Assembly: GCA_903840435.1 (NCBI GenBank)
Contig: CAIMFV010000006.1
Span: 22,415-86,414 of the forward strand
Direction of reading: 5' to 3'
Length of the DNA: 64,000 nt
Origin: an uncultured Caulobacterales bacterium
GTDB taxonomy: Bacteria; Pseudomonadota; Alphaproteobacteria; Caulobacterales; Caulobacteraceae
How positions within the stretch are numbered: position 1 is the stretch's first letter; every line of letters starts with the position of its first letter. Below the pieces are notes generated by a model. It was not told the origin of the DNA. It was given only the letters and a program-made list of their open reading frames with translations, and did not search any database. Made by a program: the position numbers and the translations under genes. This document shows, one piece after another, positions 40,396 through 48,844 of this stretch.

Positions 40396-42363
40396 TTAGT
40401 TTGGAGGGGTCGTTGGGTTTTGAAGCGCGACGAACTCAACGGCGGCCTTCAACATCGCCAAACGCGTCGTGGCGCTCGATAGCCAGTGGTCCTCGCCTTT
40501 CAGCGTCACCAGGGTCACGGGTTTGCCGCTCTTGGAAAGCGCGCGCTGCATTTCTTGGCTCTGCGAAATGGGCACGACAGAATCGTCGAGGCCATGAATG
40601 AGCAGGATGGGCGCATCGGCATGATCGGCGTTTTGCGCCGGAGACAGGGCAGTGAGGGCGGGGTCTCCCATGCTTTGGATTCCAAAAAACTTCGCCAAGT
40701 AGCGGCCCGTGCCAACCCGCTTCAAGTCACCGTCGGGTGTCTTCCAATAGAGAAACACCTTGAGGTCGCTCAGCCCGCCATAGGAAACCGCGCATCGGTA
40801 AAGTCCGTGCTGCAAGGTTACGCCCGCGAGTGCGGCATAACCGCCATAGCTCGCACCGACAATAGCGGCCCGTCTGGGGTCGACAATGCCTTGGCGCGCG
40901 AGTTCGGCCAAGCCATCGGAAATGTCGGTCTGCATCTTGCGGCCCCACTCGCCAAACCCGGCGTCTCGAAACGCGGGCCCAAACCCGCTCGAGCCGCGAA
41001 AATTAGGTTGGAAGACGGCATAGCCCCGCCCGGCAAAGGCCTGGGCGAGCCAATCAAATCGAACAAAGTCGTGCGCTTCTGGCCCCCCATGCGGGATGAC
41101 AACCACCGGAAGCGCTTTTGGGGCTTTGCCCGGCGGCAGGGTCAATATCCCCGAGAGTTTCAAGCCATCCGCCGCCGTGTAGGAAATCGTGCGGACCGGA
41201 CCGACGTCCGAATCTGGCAACTTGGGATAATCATATCGCCAAGGCGTGACTTTCGCGCCGTCTGCAAGCCAATAGGTGCCCGCATCGCCGTCACCTTCCG
41301 TATGCAGCACAAGGCGCTTTCCATCTGCGCTCCACGACCAGAGCGATGCGCGACCTCCCAAGGCCTTATTAAACGCGGCATGGCGTGCAGCGATGTGGGG
41401 ATCAAAAAGGATCTGCTTATGGTCATCGCCCGAGGTATAAACGCCTTGCAGCAGGCCCGGAGGGTCGGAATAGGAAAAGGACGATACAAATCCGTCGAAA
41501 GGCAATTTGACGCTTGAGCCGTCGGAGACCTTCACCGACTCGTAGGTTTTGCCGCTCACCGTCACGGTGTCGGCGCTCAGCCCCAACCCTACCAATGTAT
41601 TTTCACCGAGCGGGTCGCGGCGTGTGAGCAGCAAGTGTTCATCTGATGCGCCGGAAAACAGGCTCCACACGCCCTTTTTGTCGTCATATTCCGAATGCGC
41701 GACAATCCCGCCCTTGCTGTCGACCACCCATGCCCGATCTTTTTGCAGTGCGGGAGCGAGGATCTTCGCGTCACCCGTGTCGAGGTCGACGGCATAGAGG
41801 TCCACCCAGTTTTCAGAATTGAAGGTCGCGTCAAATCCGCGGGTTTTGTTCAGCGTCACCCCGCCGAAATAGCCGATCCAGTGTCCAGAGACCTCTGCTG
41901 AGCCATTATAGCCGAACACGGCGTGCATAATCCGGTCTGAAGTTCCGAAAACCCCGAAGGCCTTGCCTGTTTTGAGGTTGAAACTCACCGTTTGAAAATA
42001 TTCGTTCTGATCATCGAAGGTTTGCAGAAAGACCGTGGTGCTTTCTCCAATGAGTAAATGGTCCTCGCCTGCCCAGTGCAGGTCGCGCACCTTGATTTCG
42101 CCCATATCCACCGCGAGGATCGGCGCGCCCGCGAAAGTTTGGATAACCAACCGTCGCGCATTCCCCGTGACCTGCACATAGGCAAGCTTCTCGCCGCTCG
42201 GCGATACTGAAACCATGTCGACATTGGGCAGGTCCGCATAGGCCGACAGGTCTGGTTTGCCGGGGGAGGGAACGTCCGCCGCCGAGGCTGCGCAGACGAA
42301 AGCGAAACTGGCGAGCAAAAGGGGGAGAAACCACATTCCGAGGCGGCGATCTGACATATTCAT
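40396..42363 (-). CDS. Secreted S9 family serine peptidase (prolyl oligopeptidase / acylaminoacyl-peptidase-like), beta-propeller + alpha/beta hydrolase
   Basis: Signal peptide MSDRRLGMWFLPLLLASFAFVCAASA; catalytic GASYGGY (GxSxGG) and C-terminal D/H; ORF-track N-terminal extension to 42750 rejected. Confidence 0.8.
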   Translation of the reverse strand: MNMSDRRLGMWFLPLLLASFAFVCAASAADVPSPGKPDLSAYADLPNVDMVSVSPSGEKLAYVQVTGNARRLVIQTFAGAPILAVDMGEIKVRDLHWAGEDHLLIGESTTVFLQTFDDQNEYFQTVSFNLKTGKAFGVFGTSDRIMHAVFGYNGSAEVSGHWIGYFGGVTLNKTRGFDATFNSENWVDLYAVDLDTGDAKILAPALQKDRAWVVDSKGGIVAHSEYDDKKGVWSLFSGASDEHLLLTRRDPLGENTLVGLGLSADTVTVSGKTYESVKVSDGSSVKLPFDGFVSSFSYSDPPGLLQGVYTSGDDHKQILFDPHIAARHAAFNKALGGRASLWSWSADGKRLVLHTEGDGDAGTYWLADGAKVTPWRYDYPKLPDSDVGPVRTISYTAADGLKLSGILTLPPGKAPKALPVVVIPHGGPEAHDFVRFDWLAQAFAGRGYAVFQPNFRGSSGFGPAFRDAGFGEWGRKMQTDISDGLAELARQGIVDPRRAAIVGASYGGYAALAGVTLQHGLYRCAVSYGGLSDLKVFLYWKTPDGDLKRVGTGRYLAKFFGIQSMGDPALTALSPAQNADHADAPILLIHGLDDSVVPISQSQEMQRALSKSGKPVTLVTLKGEDHWLSSATTRLAMLKAAVEFVALQNPTTPPN

Positions 42364-42380
42364 CCTCCGATGCACCATCA

Positions 42381-43325
42381 TCATGCCGATTGCGCAAACG
42401 CTTTCAACAACTGATGCGCGATGGCGACGGGAGGGGGGCAGAAGGCGCCTGCGAAGGTTCCGGCCATTAGCGACTTGGCCTCGTCTCGGGTGAACCAGCG
42501 CACGGCCTCGAGCTCGGTCTGGTCGGGATGGGCTTCGCCGTCCTCGATCTCGGCAATCAGCCCGATCATCAGCGAGTTTGGAAAGGGCCAGGGTTGAGAC
42601 GAATGGTAACGGACAGCCTTGGTGACGAGGCCTGCCTCTTCTTTCAACTCGCGGGCGCAGGCCTCTTCGATAGACTCGCCGGGCTCTAAAAAGCCTGCCA
42701 AGGCTGACCACATGCCCGTTGGCCAAACGGCTTGGCGGCCGACCAAACACTTGTCTCCGACCACGGGCAGCATGATGACGACCGGGTCGGTGCGTGGGAA
42801 ATGTTCAACCTGACAGGCCGGGCAGACCCGTTTCCAGCCGCCGTCAGCCACCTCGCTCGGTTGACCACAGGCGGCGCAAAACCGGTGGCGGCGACGCCAT
42901 TCAAACACGCCCTTAGCTGTGGCGGCAATGCCCGCCTCCTGGCCTGAGAGCACGGCGCCCAGCCCGCGCAATTCGCGAAAGACGCCAAAGCCGTTTAACG
43001 GGCCCTGGCTGGGATCGGCGGCGCCGTCCAAATCAATGGCGAAGACCGGCGTCTCCTTCCACAACCCAAGAAACAACAGGCGCTCAAGGCCACCCGCCAA
43101 CTCCTGGCCAAGGCCTGGGGCAATATAGGCCAGCCGGGGCGCTTGGGGCGGGCTCCCGGCAACGGTCTCTTCGACCAATATCTGACCATTCCACAGCGGT
43201 AGGGCCAAGGCGTCGGGATGGGCGAGCAGCTTGGCGACAACAGAAGGGTCGCTGCGTAATTCACTGGCGCGGTTCAAGGGATTGCCAGCGAACACATTGA
43301 TCAGGGACATGGTGAGACGCTCCAC
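42381..43325 (-). CDS. nudC: NAD(+) diphosphatase
   Basis: CxxC...CxxC zinc ribbon followed by Nudix box GFLEPGESIEEACARELKEEAG. Confidence 0.85.
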   Translation of the reverse strand: MERLTMSLINVFAGNPLNRASELRSDPSVVAKLLAHPDALALPLWNGQILVEETVAGSPPQAPRLAYIAPGLGQELAGGLERLLFLGLWKETPVFAIDLDGAADPSQGPLNGFGVFRELRGLGAVLSGQEAGIAATAKGVFEWRRRHRFCAACGQPSEVADGGWKRVCPACQVEHFPRTDPVVIMLPVVGDKCLVGRQAVWPTGMWSALAGFLEPGESIEEACARELKEEAGLVTKAVRYHSSQPWPFPNSLMIGLIAEIEDGEAHPDQTELEAVRWFTRDEAKSLMAGTFAGAFCPPPVAIAHQLLKAFAQSA

Positions 43326-43406
43326 AGGCGAGGCGCTCTTCTAGCAAACTCGGCTCCGTCCTAATAGGGCGGCAATTCCTGTCGGACGGCCACCGCGCCC
43401 TGGCCC

Positions 43407-44417
43407 TCAGCCCTTGGGGCGTCGCTTGTGTGGCTCACCCCGTTCGCGCGCTTCGGAGAGCAAAGGCTGATTGTCGAAAGTATAGCGCAGCAAGGTCGCC
43501 TGTTCGATATTGACCAGGATTCGACAGGCTGTGGCCGCTTCCTCCGGCGTTGGCGTCGGCCCAAAGGCGGCGGCAAGTTTCGGTGTATAGTTGTCGCATT
43601 GAGCACGCCGGTAGCGCACGAAGGCGGGCCCGCTCTGACGGAATTCGCGTTCTGCAATATCGACAAGGTTTTGGGCTTCATCCCAGTCGTCGAGCACCCG
43701 CCTTACCCGGCGTTTGGCGCTGGCGAGCCGCGCAAGACTAAGCTGCTCCTGGCGCTGCAAACGAGCTGATCGATCCTCGCTCGTGCCAACCCTCCGCCAG
43801 ATATCCACCAAACGATAGGGGCCGCGCGGGTCGTCGCGCCCTGACTTCACACGCATGGGAGCCATGCCGACGGTTTCACGCAGCATCGAGCGCCTGCGCA
43901 GGTCCATCCAAAATTGACAGGCCCAGACCGATCGCTCGATATGCCATCGGTTTCCGACAGCCGAATAACTCAGCCGGTCACAATTGGCGTTGCGAAGTCT
44001 CTCATAGGCTCGGCTGGCCCACATATCGGAACGCGCCAGGGCGTTGCGGGCCGGTAGGCTTGATGGCTGCGATTGGGCCAAGGACAAGATGGCGCGATTG
44101 ACGCGATCCAAATTTGGCGAAAAGTGCTGCTGAATCTCAAACAGGCATTTATCGATCCCAACCTCTGACAAAATTGGGCAACCCTTGACGTCCTCTAAAA
44201 TATCATAAGACTCTTTGTATAGAAATGGAGATTCCTTCATCAGATTTAGGCGTAATTCTTGACCATACAGTTTTGAAATTGGGAAAAAGGCGGCAAAAAT
44301 CGACAATAAAGCAAAGGTAATATTTGATTTATTTCTGATATGAGGCTGTAAAATTCTTGCATTGATCTGATTATATCCGAATATAATTCGTTCGATTGCC
44401 AGCTGTGTCGCCTTCAT
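43407..44417 (-). CDS. Family A paralog 0: secreted double Cys-pair DUF1311/LprI-like protein (candidate immunity/lysozyme-inhibitor-like)
   Basis: Start placed at MKATQ (ATG 44417); hydrophobic N-terminal anchor; C-terminal half about 80-90% identical to other A copies (AFVRYRRAQCDNYTPKLAAA..ACRILVNIEQATLLRY). Confidence 0.7.
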   Translation of the reverse strand: MKATQLAIERIIFGYNQINARILQPHIRNKSNITFALLSIFAAFFPISKLYGQELRLNLMKESPFLYKESYDILEDVKGCPILSEVGIDKCLFEIQQHFSPNLDRVNRAILSLAQSQPSSLPARNALARSDMWASRAYERLRNANCDRLSYSAVGNRWHIERSVWACQFWMDLRRRSMLRETVGMAPMRVKSGRDDPRGPYRLVDIWRRVGTSEDRSARLQRQEQLSLARLASAKRRVRRVLDDWDEAQNLVDIAEREFRQSGPAFVRYRRAQCDNYTPKLAAAFGPTPTPEEAATACRILVNIEQATLLRYTFDNQPLLSEARERGEPHKRRPKG

Positions 44418-44554
44418 TTTGTTGGCGAGGGGCGTGTCAGACGATCCAGTCGATTGGCGAGCGTTATTGCTCTTGCGGGCAGACTTGCCCTCTATGCTCG
44501 CAAGCGCGTCCGGCTGAAACCACCGCCGCCGACGGGGCGACTTTTGCCCCTCTT

Positions 44555-45484
44555 TCATCGCCTGTCGCCTCGGCTGTGACCCGGACCGCGATGGGATTGC
44601 GACATCAAGGTATGGTTGTCGAAAAAGAAGCGTAACAAGGTCGCCTCCTCGACATTGAGGAGGGTGCGGCACGCAATCGCCGCCGCCTCGGGGCTTGGCC
44701 CAAAGGCAAGGGCGGCGGCAAGTTTTGGCGTATAGTCCTCGCATTGCGCCTTACGGTAATGAAGAAAGGCTGGGCCACTACGATGAAAATCGCGCGCCGC
44801 CTTATCTACAAAATCTTGGTACTCGTCCCAGTCGTCCAGCACGCGTTGAACGCGAAGCTTGGCGCGCTGCAAACGTTGGAGGCTCAAAACTTCTTGGAAT
44901 CTCAAATTTTCCAATTGGTCCGGACCCGTTCCAACTGTGTACCACAGGTCCGCTAGGCGATAAGGACCGCGCGGCCGGTTGCGCCCAGGCCTGATCGGCA
45001 GCGGCGCATCCCCAACCGCTTCACGCAGGAGCGAGCGCCGGCGCAGGTCCAACCAAAATTGACACGCCCAGATGGATCGGGACGCGCGCCAGCGACTTCC
45101 GACGGCGGAATAACTCAGACGGTTACACGTGTCGTAACGGAAGTTTCGGTAGGCCTGGCCTGCCTTTTGTGCAGCGGACGATAAGGCGAGCTGGAGGGAA
45201 GCATCGCTTTGCTTGCTCAACGCATTGGCGAGGGTCCGTCGTTCGACCTTGTCGCGCATGGGCGAAAAATGCTGCGCAAGTTTGAGCAGGCATTGATCAA
45301 TGCCAACCTCGGAAAACGCGGGGCATCCCTGTACATCCGCCAGAACATCACCCGGCTCCAGGTACAGAAAGCGAACGTCTTCGCGTGATGATAGATGGAA
45401 TTTGAATGTAGTCGCGTGACAAATTGGCGAAAAGGAAGAAAATATCCATAAAATTATGAGAGTTATGTACAGGTATTTTTTCAT
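44555..45484 (-). CDS. Family A paralog 1: secreted DUF1311/LprI-like protein
   Basis: Signal peptide MKKYLYITLIILWIFSSFSPICHA encoded by AT-rich DNA; 4-bp overlap with family B gene upstream. Confidence 0.75.
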   Translation of the reverse strand: MKKYLYITLIILWIFSSFSPICHATTFKFHLSSREDVRFLYLEPGDVLADVQGCPAFSEVGIDQCLLKLAQHFSPMRDKVERRTLANALSKQSDASLQLALSSAAQKAGQAYRNFRYDTCNRLSYSAVGSRWRASRSIWACQFWLDLRRRSLLREAVGDAPLPIRPGRNRPRGPYRLADLWYTVGTGPDQLENLRFQEVLSLQRLQRAKLRVQRVLDDWDEYQDFVDKAARDFHRSGPAFLHYRKAQCEDYTPKLAAALAFGPSPEAAAIACRTLLNVEEATLLRFFFDNHTLMSQSHRGPGHSRGDRR

Positions 45485-46245
45485 GGATACAATCGAATAT
45501 AATCAAGTATATATTGAATTTTTTCTGGATAATGTGTTAGTGTTTTTGTATTATATTTTTGTTGTAACAAATATTTATCTATATTTTTCCAGCTCAAAAT
45601 CACCCGTTCGACCCTCGCCTTTTGCACCTTCACCCTTTGGTGCGGGCGCAGAAGGGATGATCCATTCAGTCGGCGGAGGTGATCGGTGGTGCTGCCATAG
45701 ATTTTGGCGATTTTATCGAGCGTGTCGCCTTTGGCAGCCTCGACTTCAAATATTGGCGCGCCCGGTGCAATGACGGTGCGCATATCCGACTGCGAGGCTA
45801 TGGAAAGGACGTATCCTATGCCCGCGCGAATATTGTCCTGCGGATTGGAGGAGGCGCGGGCTGCTAAGCCGTTTTGCCATTGTGGGGGGATGATCACCGT
45901 ACCAGCGCCCTCGGGTTTGAGGAGGTCGCGCAAGCCCCCGTCGCCCGAATTACCGATATGCATGGGGCGGCTGTTCCACGTGACGTCTCCCGGGTCGTTT
46001 TCCGTCCACATCATCGCCTTCATCAGGGCGAAATCTGGCGAGCGATAGCCCGCGACGCCGCGCAGATTTCGGTCGTACTCGCCGATGGCGCTGCGAATGG
46101 CGCTCTCGTGATCGTGCCAATGCGGTCCTGGTACAAATGTGTCTGTACCGTCCATCCATCCGGACAGCCCGTCTGAAATATTAGACGGGCGTGCAGGGCG
46201 TTGCACTTTTAAGTTGGCGCGATGTTTCAGCGTTGTTTCGACCAT
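45481..46245 (-). CDS. Family B copy 2: SLT-type lytic transglycosylase-like domain + C-terminal LysM; no signal peptide (candidate peptidoglycan-degrading effector)
   Basis: LMKAMMWTENDPGD...RPMHIGNSGD...QDNIRAGIGYVL resembles SLT motifs (AIAWQESxFNP / GLMQI / ENIRAGxxYL); VEAAKGDTLDKIAKIYGSTTDHLRRLNGSS = LysM. Confidence 0.75.
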   Translation of the reverse strand: MVETTLKHRANLKVQRPARPSNISDGLSGWMDGTDTFVPGPHWHDHESAIRSAIGEYDRNLRGVAGYRSPDFALMKAMMWTENDPGDVTWNSRPMHIGNSGDGGLRDLLKPEGAGTVIIPPQWQNGLAARASSNPQDNIRAGIGYVLSIASQSDMRTVIAPGAPIFEVEAAKGDTLDKIAKIYGSTTDHLRRLNGSSLLRPHQRVKVQKARVERVILSWKNIDKYLLQQKYNTKTLTHYPEKIQYILDYIRLYP

Positions 46246-46332
46246 GGGAGCTCCAGATTTTACGGAGCGCGCGACGCAAATCTGCAGTCAAGCGCGGGAA
46301 ACCCTAACCGTTAGCCTGACTTGCGACGGTCT

Positions 46333-46354
46333 CGCGACGTGACACGTCGTCGCG
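46333..46354. repeat. Conserved palindrome CGCGACGTGACACGTCGTCGCG (stem CGCGACG/CGTCGCG) 3' of family A gene, 5' of family B gene
   Basis: Near-identical copies at 47445-47466 and 48814-48835; related palindromes at about 50122-50134 and 51950-51962. Confidence 0.6.
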
Positions 46355-46363
46355 CATGTAGGT

Positions 46364-47284
46364 CTACCGGCGGCTGCGCGTGTCGCCGGGCTTGCGGTCT
46401 TGCGACATCAAGGGTTGGTCCTGGAAGTCGTAGCGCAGCAAGGTCGCCTCTTCGATATTGACCAAGATACGACAGGCCATGGCGGCCTCGTCCGGCATTG
46501 GCGTCGGTCCAAAGGCGGCGGCGAGTTTCGGGGTATAGTCGTCGCATTGAGCATGGCGGTAGCGCATAAAGGCGGGCCCGCTCTGACGGAAGTCGCGTTC
46601 TGCAATGTCGACAAGGTGTTGGGCTTCATCCCAGTCGTCCAGCACCCGTCTTACCCGGCGTTTGGCGCTGGCGAGCCGCGCAAGACTAAGCTGCTCCTGG
46701 CGCTGCAAACGGGCCAGTCGATCCTCACCCGTCCCGACCCTCCGCCAAATATCTACCAAGCGATAGGGGCCATGTGGTCCGAAACGCTTCGCCTTCACCC
46801 GCAGGGGGGCCTCGCCCACAGTTTCTCGAAGCAAGGATCGGCGATGCAGGTCCATCCAGAATTGGCAGGCTAAAATCTCTCGGATCGTATGCATCCGATT
46901 TCCGACGGCCGAATGACCCAAGCGATTGCAATTGATAAATCGAAGCCTGTCATAGGTCATCGCGGCACGGTGATCTGAGCGGGAAAGGGCGGCGTGATCG
47001 GCCGGACTTAATCCTCGTATTTGCGCCTTTGACAGCACCGCCCTCTCGGTATGCTTGAGGCTGAGAGAAAAGTGCTGCTGAATTTCGGCCAGACATGCAT
47101 CAATCCCAGTTCCAGAGAAGCTAGGGCAATCACGGACATCGTCAAGCACGTCAAAAGATTCTACATAAAGAAAGGGAGATTCGGTTGCAGATTTTACACT
47201 GAAACTGGATGTCATTGCGCGCGACGAAGGGCAATAACAAAGGATAATACATAAAATAATTTGGATTTTTTGGTAAATGTTCAC
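46364..47284 (-). CDS. Family A paralog 2: secreted DUF1311/LprI-like protein
   Basis: Signal peptide MNIYQKIQIILCIILCYCPSSRA; conserved C-terminal half. Confidence 0.75.
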   Translation of the reverse strand: MNIYQKIQIILCIILCYCPSSRAMTSSFSVKSATESPFLYVESFDVLDDVRDCPSFSGTGIDACLAEIQQHFSLSLKHTERAVLSKAQIRGLSPADHAALSRSDHRAAMTYDRLRFINCNRLGHSAVGNRMHTIREILACQFWMDLHRRSLLRETVGEAPLRVKAKRFGPHGPYRLVDIWRRVGTGEDRLARLQRQEQLSLARLASAKRRVRRVLDDWDEAQHLVDIAERDFRQSGPAFMRYRHAQCDDYTPKLAAAFGPTPMPDEAAMACRILVNIEEATLLRYDFQDQPLMSQDRKPGDTRSRR

Positions 47285-47444
47285 GGACTAAATTTCACAA
47301 GCTTGCCAAGGTGTTTCTGGCCCATGTCAAGGTGTTTCTGGCCCATGTGTCGTTTTTCCCTCCATCCATGGGGCAATTCGGTTGAAATAATGTGAGGAGG
47401 GAACGAGGGAGTTTGCGAGCAGCAAACATGGTCGAGTTTGGTCT

Positions 47445-47466
47445 CGCCACGTGACACGTCGTCGCG
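47445..47466. repeat. Copy of conserved palindrome (CGCCACGTGACACGTCGTCGCG) downstream of family A paralog 3
   Basis: Sequence identity to 46333-46354 motif. Confidence 0.6.
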
Positions 47467-47475
47467 CAGCTTGGT

Positions 47476-48495
47476 TTAGCGCCGGTTGCGACTTTCACCG
47501 GGCTTGCGGTCTTGCGACATCAGGGGTTGGTGCGCGAAATCGTAGCGCAGCAGGGTCGCCTGTTCGATATTGACCAGGACGCGGCAGGCTGTGGCGGCTT
47601 CCTCCGGCGTTGGTGTCGGCCCAAGGGCGGCGGCGAGTTTCGGGGTATAGTCGTCGCATTGGGCGTGGCGGTAGCGCACGAAGGCCGGCCCGCTCTGACG
47701 GAAGTCGCGGTCGGCAATATCGACAAAATCTTGCCATTCCTCCCAATCGTCGAGCACGCGGCGGACCCGTCGCCGGGCGCTGGCCAATCGCCTCAGGCTG
47801 GCGGCTTCCTGGGATTTCAATTTCGATAATCGACCCGCTCCCGCGCCCGCGAGGCGCCAGATATCGGTCAAGCGATAGGGGCCGTGCGGACCGCCGTGGC
47901 CCGGCTTGATCCGCATCGGCGCCTCACCGGCCGTTTCTTGCAGCAGCGACCGCCGATGCAGGTCCATCCAAAATTGGCAGGCATAAACCCGCCTCAGCGT
48001 ATGCATCGTCGCGCCAGCCGCTGCGTGGCTCAGGCGATCACAATTGCTGTTCCGAAGCGCAAAATAGCTTGAAACGGCTTGCTTCTGAGACAGAAGGAGG
48101 GCGTCTTGCCCGCCAGTCCCGGTTGCACTTTGGGTGGCGCGACCCAGCACCTCTGAATCGACACGGATCAACCGTCCCGCAAGCCGTTGTTGGATTTCTT
48201 CAAAGCAAGCGTCATAATCGGTTTCAGAATATATTCCGCAACCCGTGACGTCGTTAATGACATCCCATGGTTCCCTATAGATAAATGGTGAATGGTAAAG
48301 GGCAGTCATATTTGGATGCCAGAGCTCTACATGCTTAGACAAAGAGATCGAATGGCAACACACTGAAATAATAATTATGGAAAAATATATTAGACTATGG
48401 ATATATTTTAATGTAATCGAGAATATATTGCAATTTTGCCGCGTAATCAACATCTGGATTCCCATTATAGTTTGATTGGAGGGAATTTTTATCAA
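47476..48495 (-). CDS. Family A paralog 3: secreted DUF1311/LprI-like protein (start uncertain; ORF overlaps remnant B gene by about 100 nt)
   Basis: Hydrophobic N-terminal region IYFSIIIISVCCHS; C-terminal half almost identical to paralog 4. Confidence 0.7.
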   Translation of the reverse strand: MIKIPSNQTIMGIQMLITRQNCNIFSITLKYIHSLIYFSIIIISVCCHSISLSKHVELWHPNMTALYHSPFIYREPWDVINDVTGCGIYSETDYDACFEEIQQRLAGRLIRVDSEVLGRATQSATGTGGQDALLLSQKQAVSSYFALRNSNCDRLSHAAAGATMHTLRRVYACQFWMDLHRRSLLQETAGEAPMRIKPGHGGPHGPYRLTDIWRLAGAGAGRLSKLKSQEAASLRRLASARRRVRRVLDDWEEWQDFVDIADRDFRQSGPAFVRYRHAQCDDYTPKLAAALGPTPTPEEAATACRVLVNIEQATLLRYDFAHQPLMSQDRKPGESRNRR

Positions 48496-48772
48496 TTGGT
48501 CTCCAGCCGAATATAACTCTCATAACTTTCGCCTTCTGCACTTTCACCTTTTGATGAGGGCGTAGAGCGGACGAGCCATTAAGTCGCCTTAAGTGATCGG
48601 TCGTGCTGCCATAGTGTCGGGCGATGGCGTCAAGTGCGTCACCTTTCGCCGCCTCGATCTCACAAATGCGCGTGCAGGGCGTTGCACTTTTAAGTTGGCG
48701 CGTCGTTTCAGCGTTGTTTCGACCAAGGGAGCTCCAGATTTTACGGAGCGCGCGACGCAAATCTGTAGTCAA
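48395..48772 (-). pseudogene. 5'-truncated family B remnant retaining only the LysM/C-terminal part
   Basis: EAAKGDALDAIARHYGSTTDHLRRLNGSS...QYILDYIKIYP matches C-terminal 100 aa of intact B copies; SLT part missing; conserved B 5' leader still present at 48748-48797. Confidence 0.6.
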
Positions 48773-48813
48773 GCGCGGGAAACCCTAACCATTAGCCTAG
48801 CTTGCAATAGTCT

Positions 48814-48835
48814 CGCCACGTGACATTGCGTCGCG
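48814..48835. repeat. Copy of conserved palindrome (CGCCACGTGACATTGCGTCGCG) downstream of family A paralog 4
   Basis: Sequence similarity to 46333-46354 motif. Confidence 0.55.
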
Positions 48836-48844
48836 CTCCATCGA

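Noticed and set aside
40396-42750. Full 784-aa reading of the S9 peptidase ORF, including a 130-aa Arg-rich N-terminal extension
   Set aside because: The extension overlaps the nudC 3' end and is Arg/Pro-rich junk. A proper signal peptide begins at MSDRRLGMWFLPLLL at about 42363.
43428-43769. Plus-strand ORFs antisense to family A genes (43428-43769, 46400-46873, 47512-47829, 48896-49156, 50189-50521)
   Set aside because: They recur only because the A genes are paralogous. They have no start context or motifs and represent the antisense frame of a conserved coding region.
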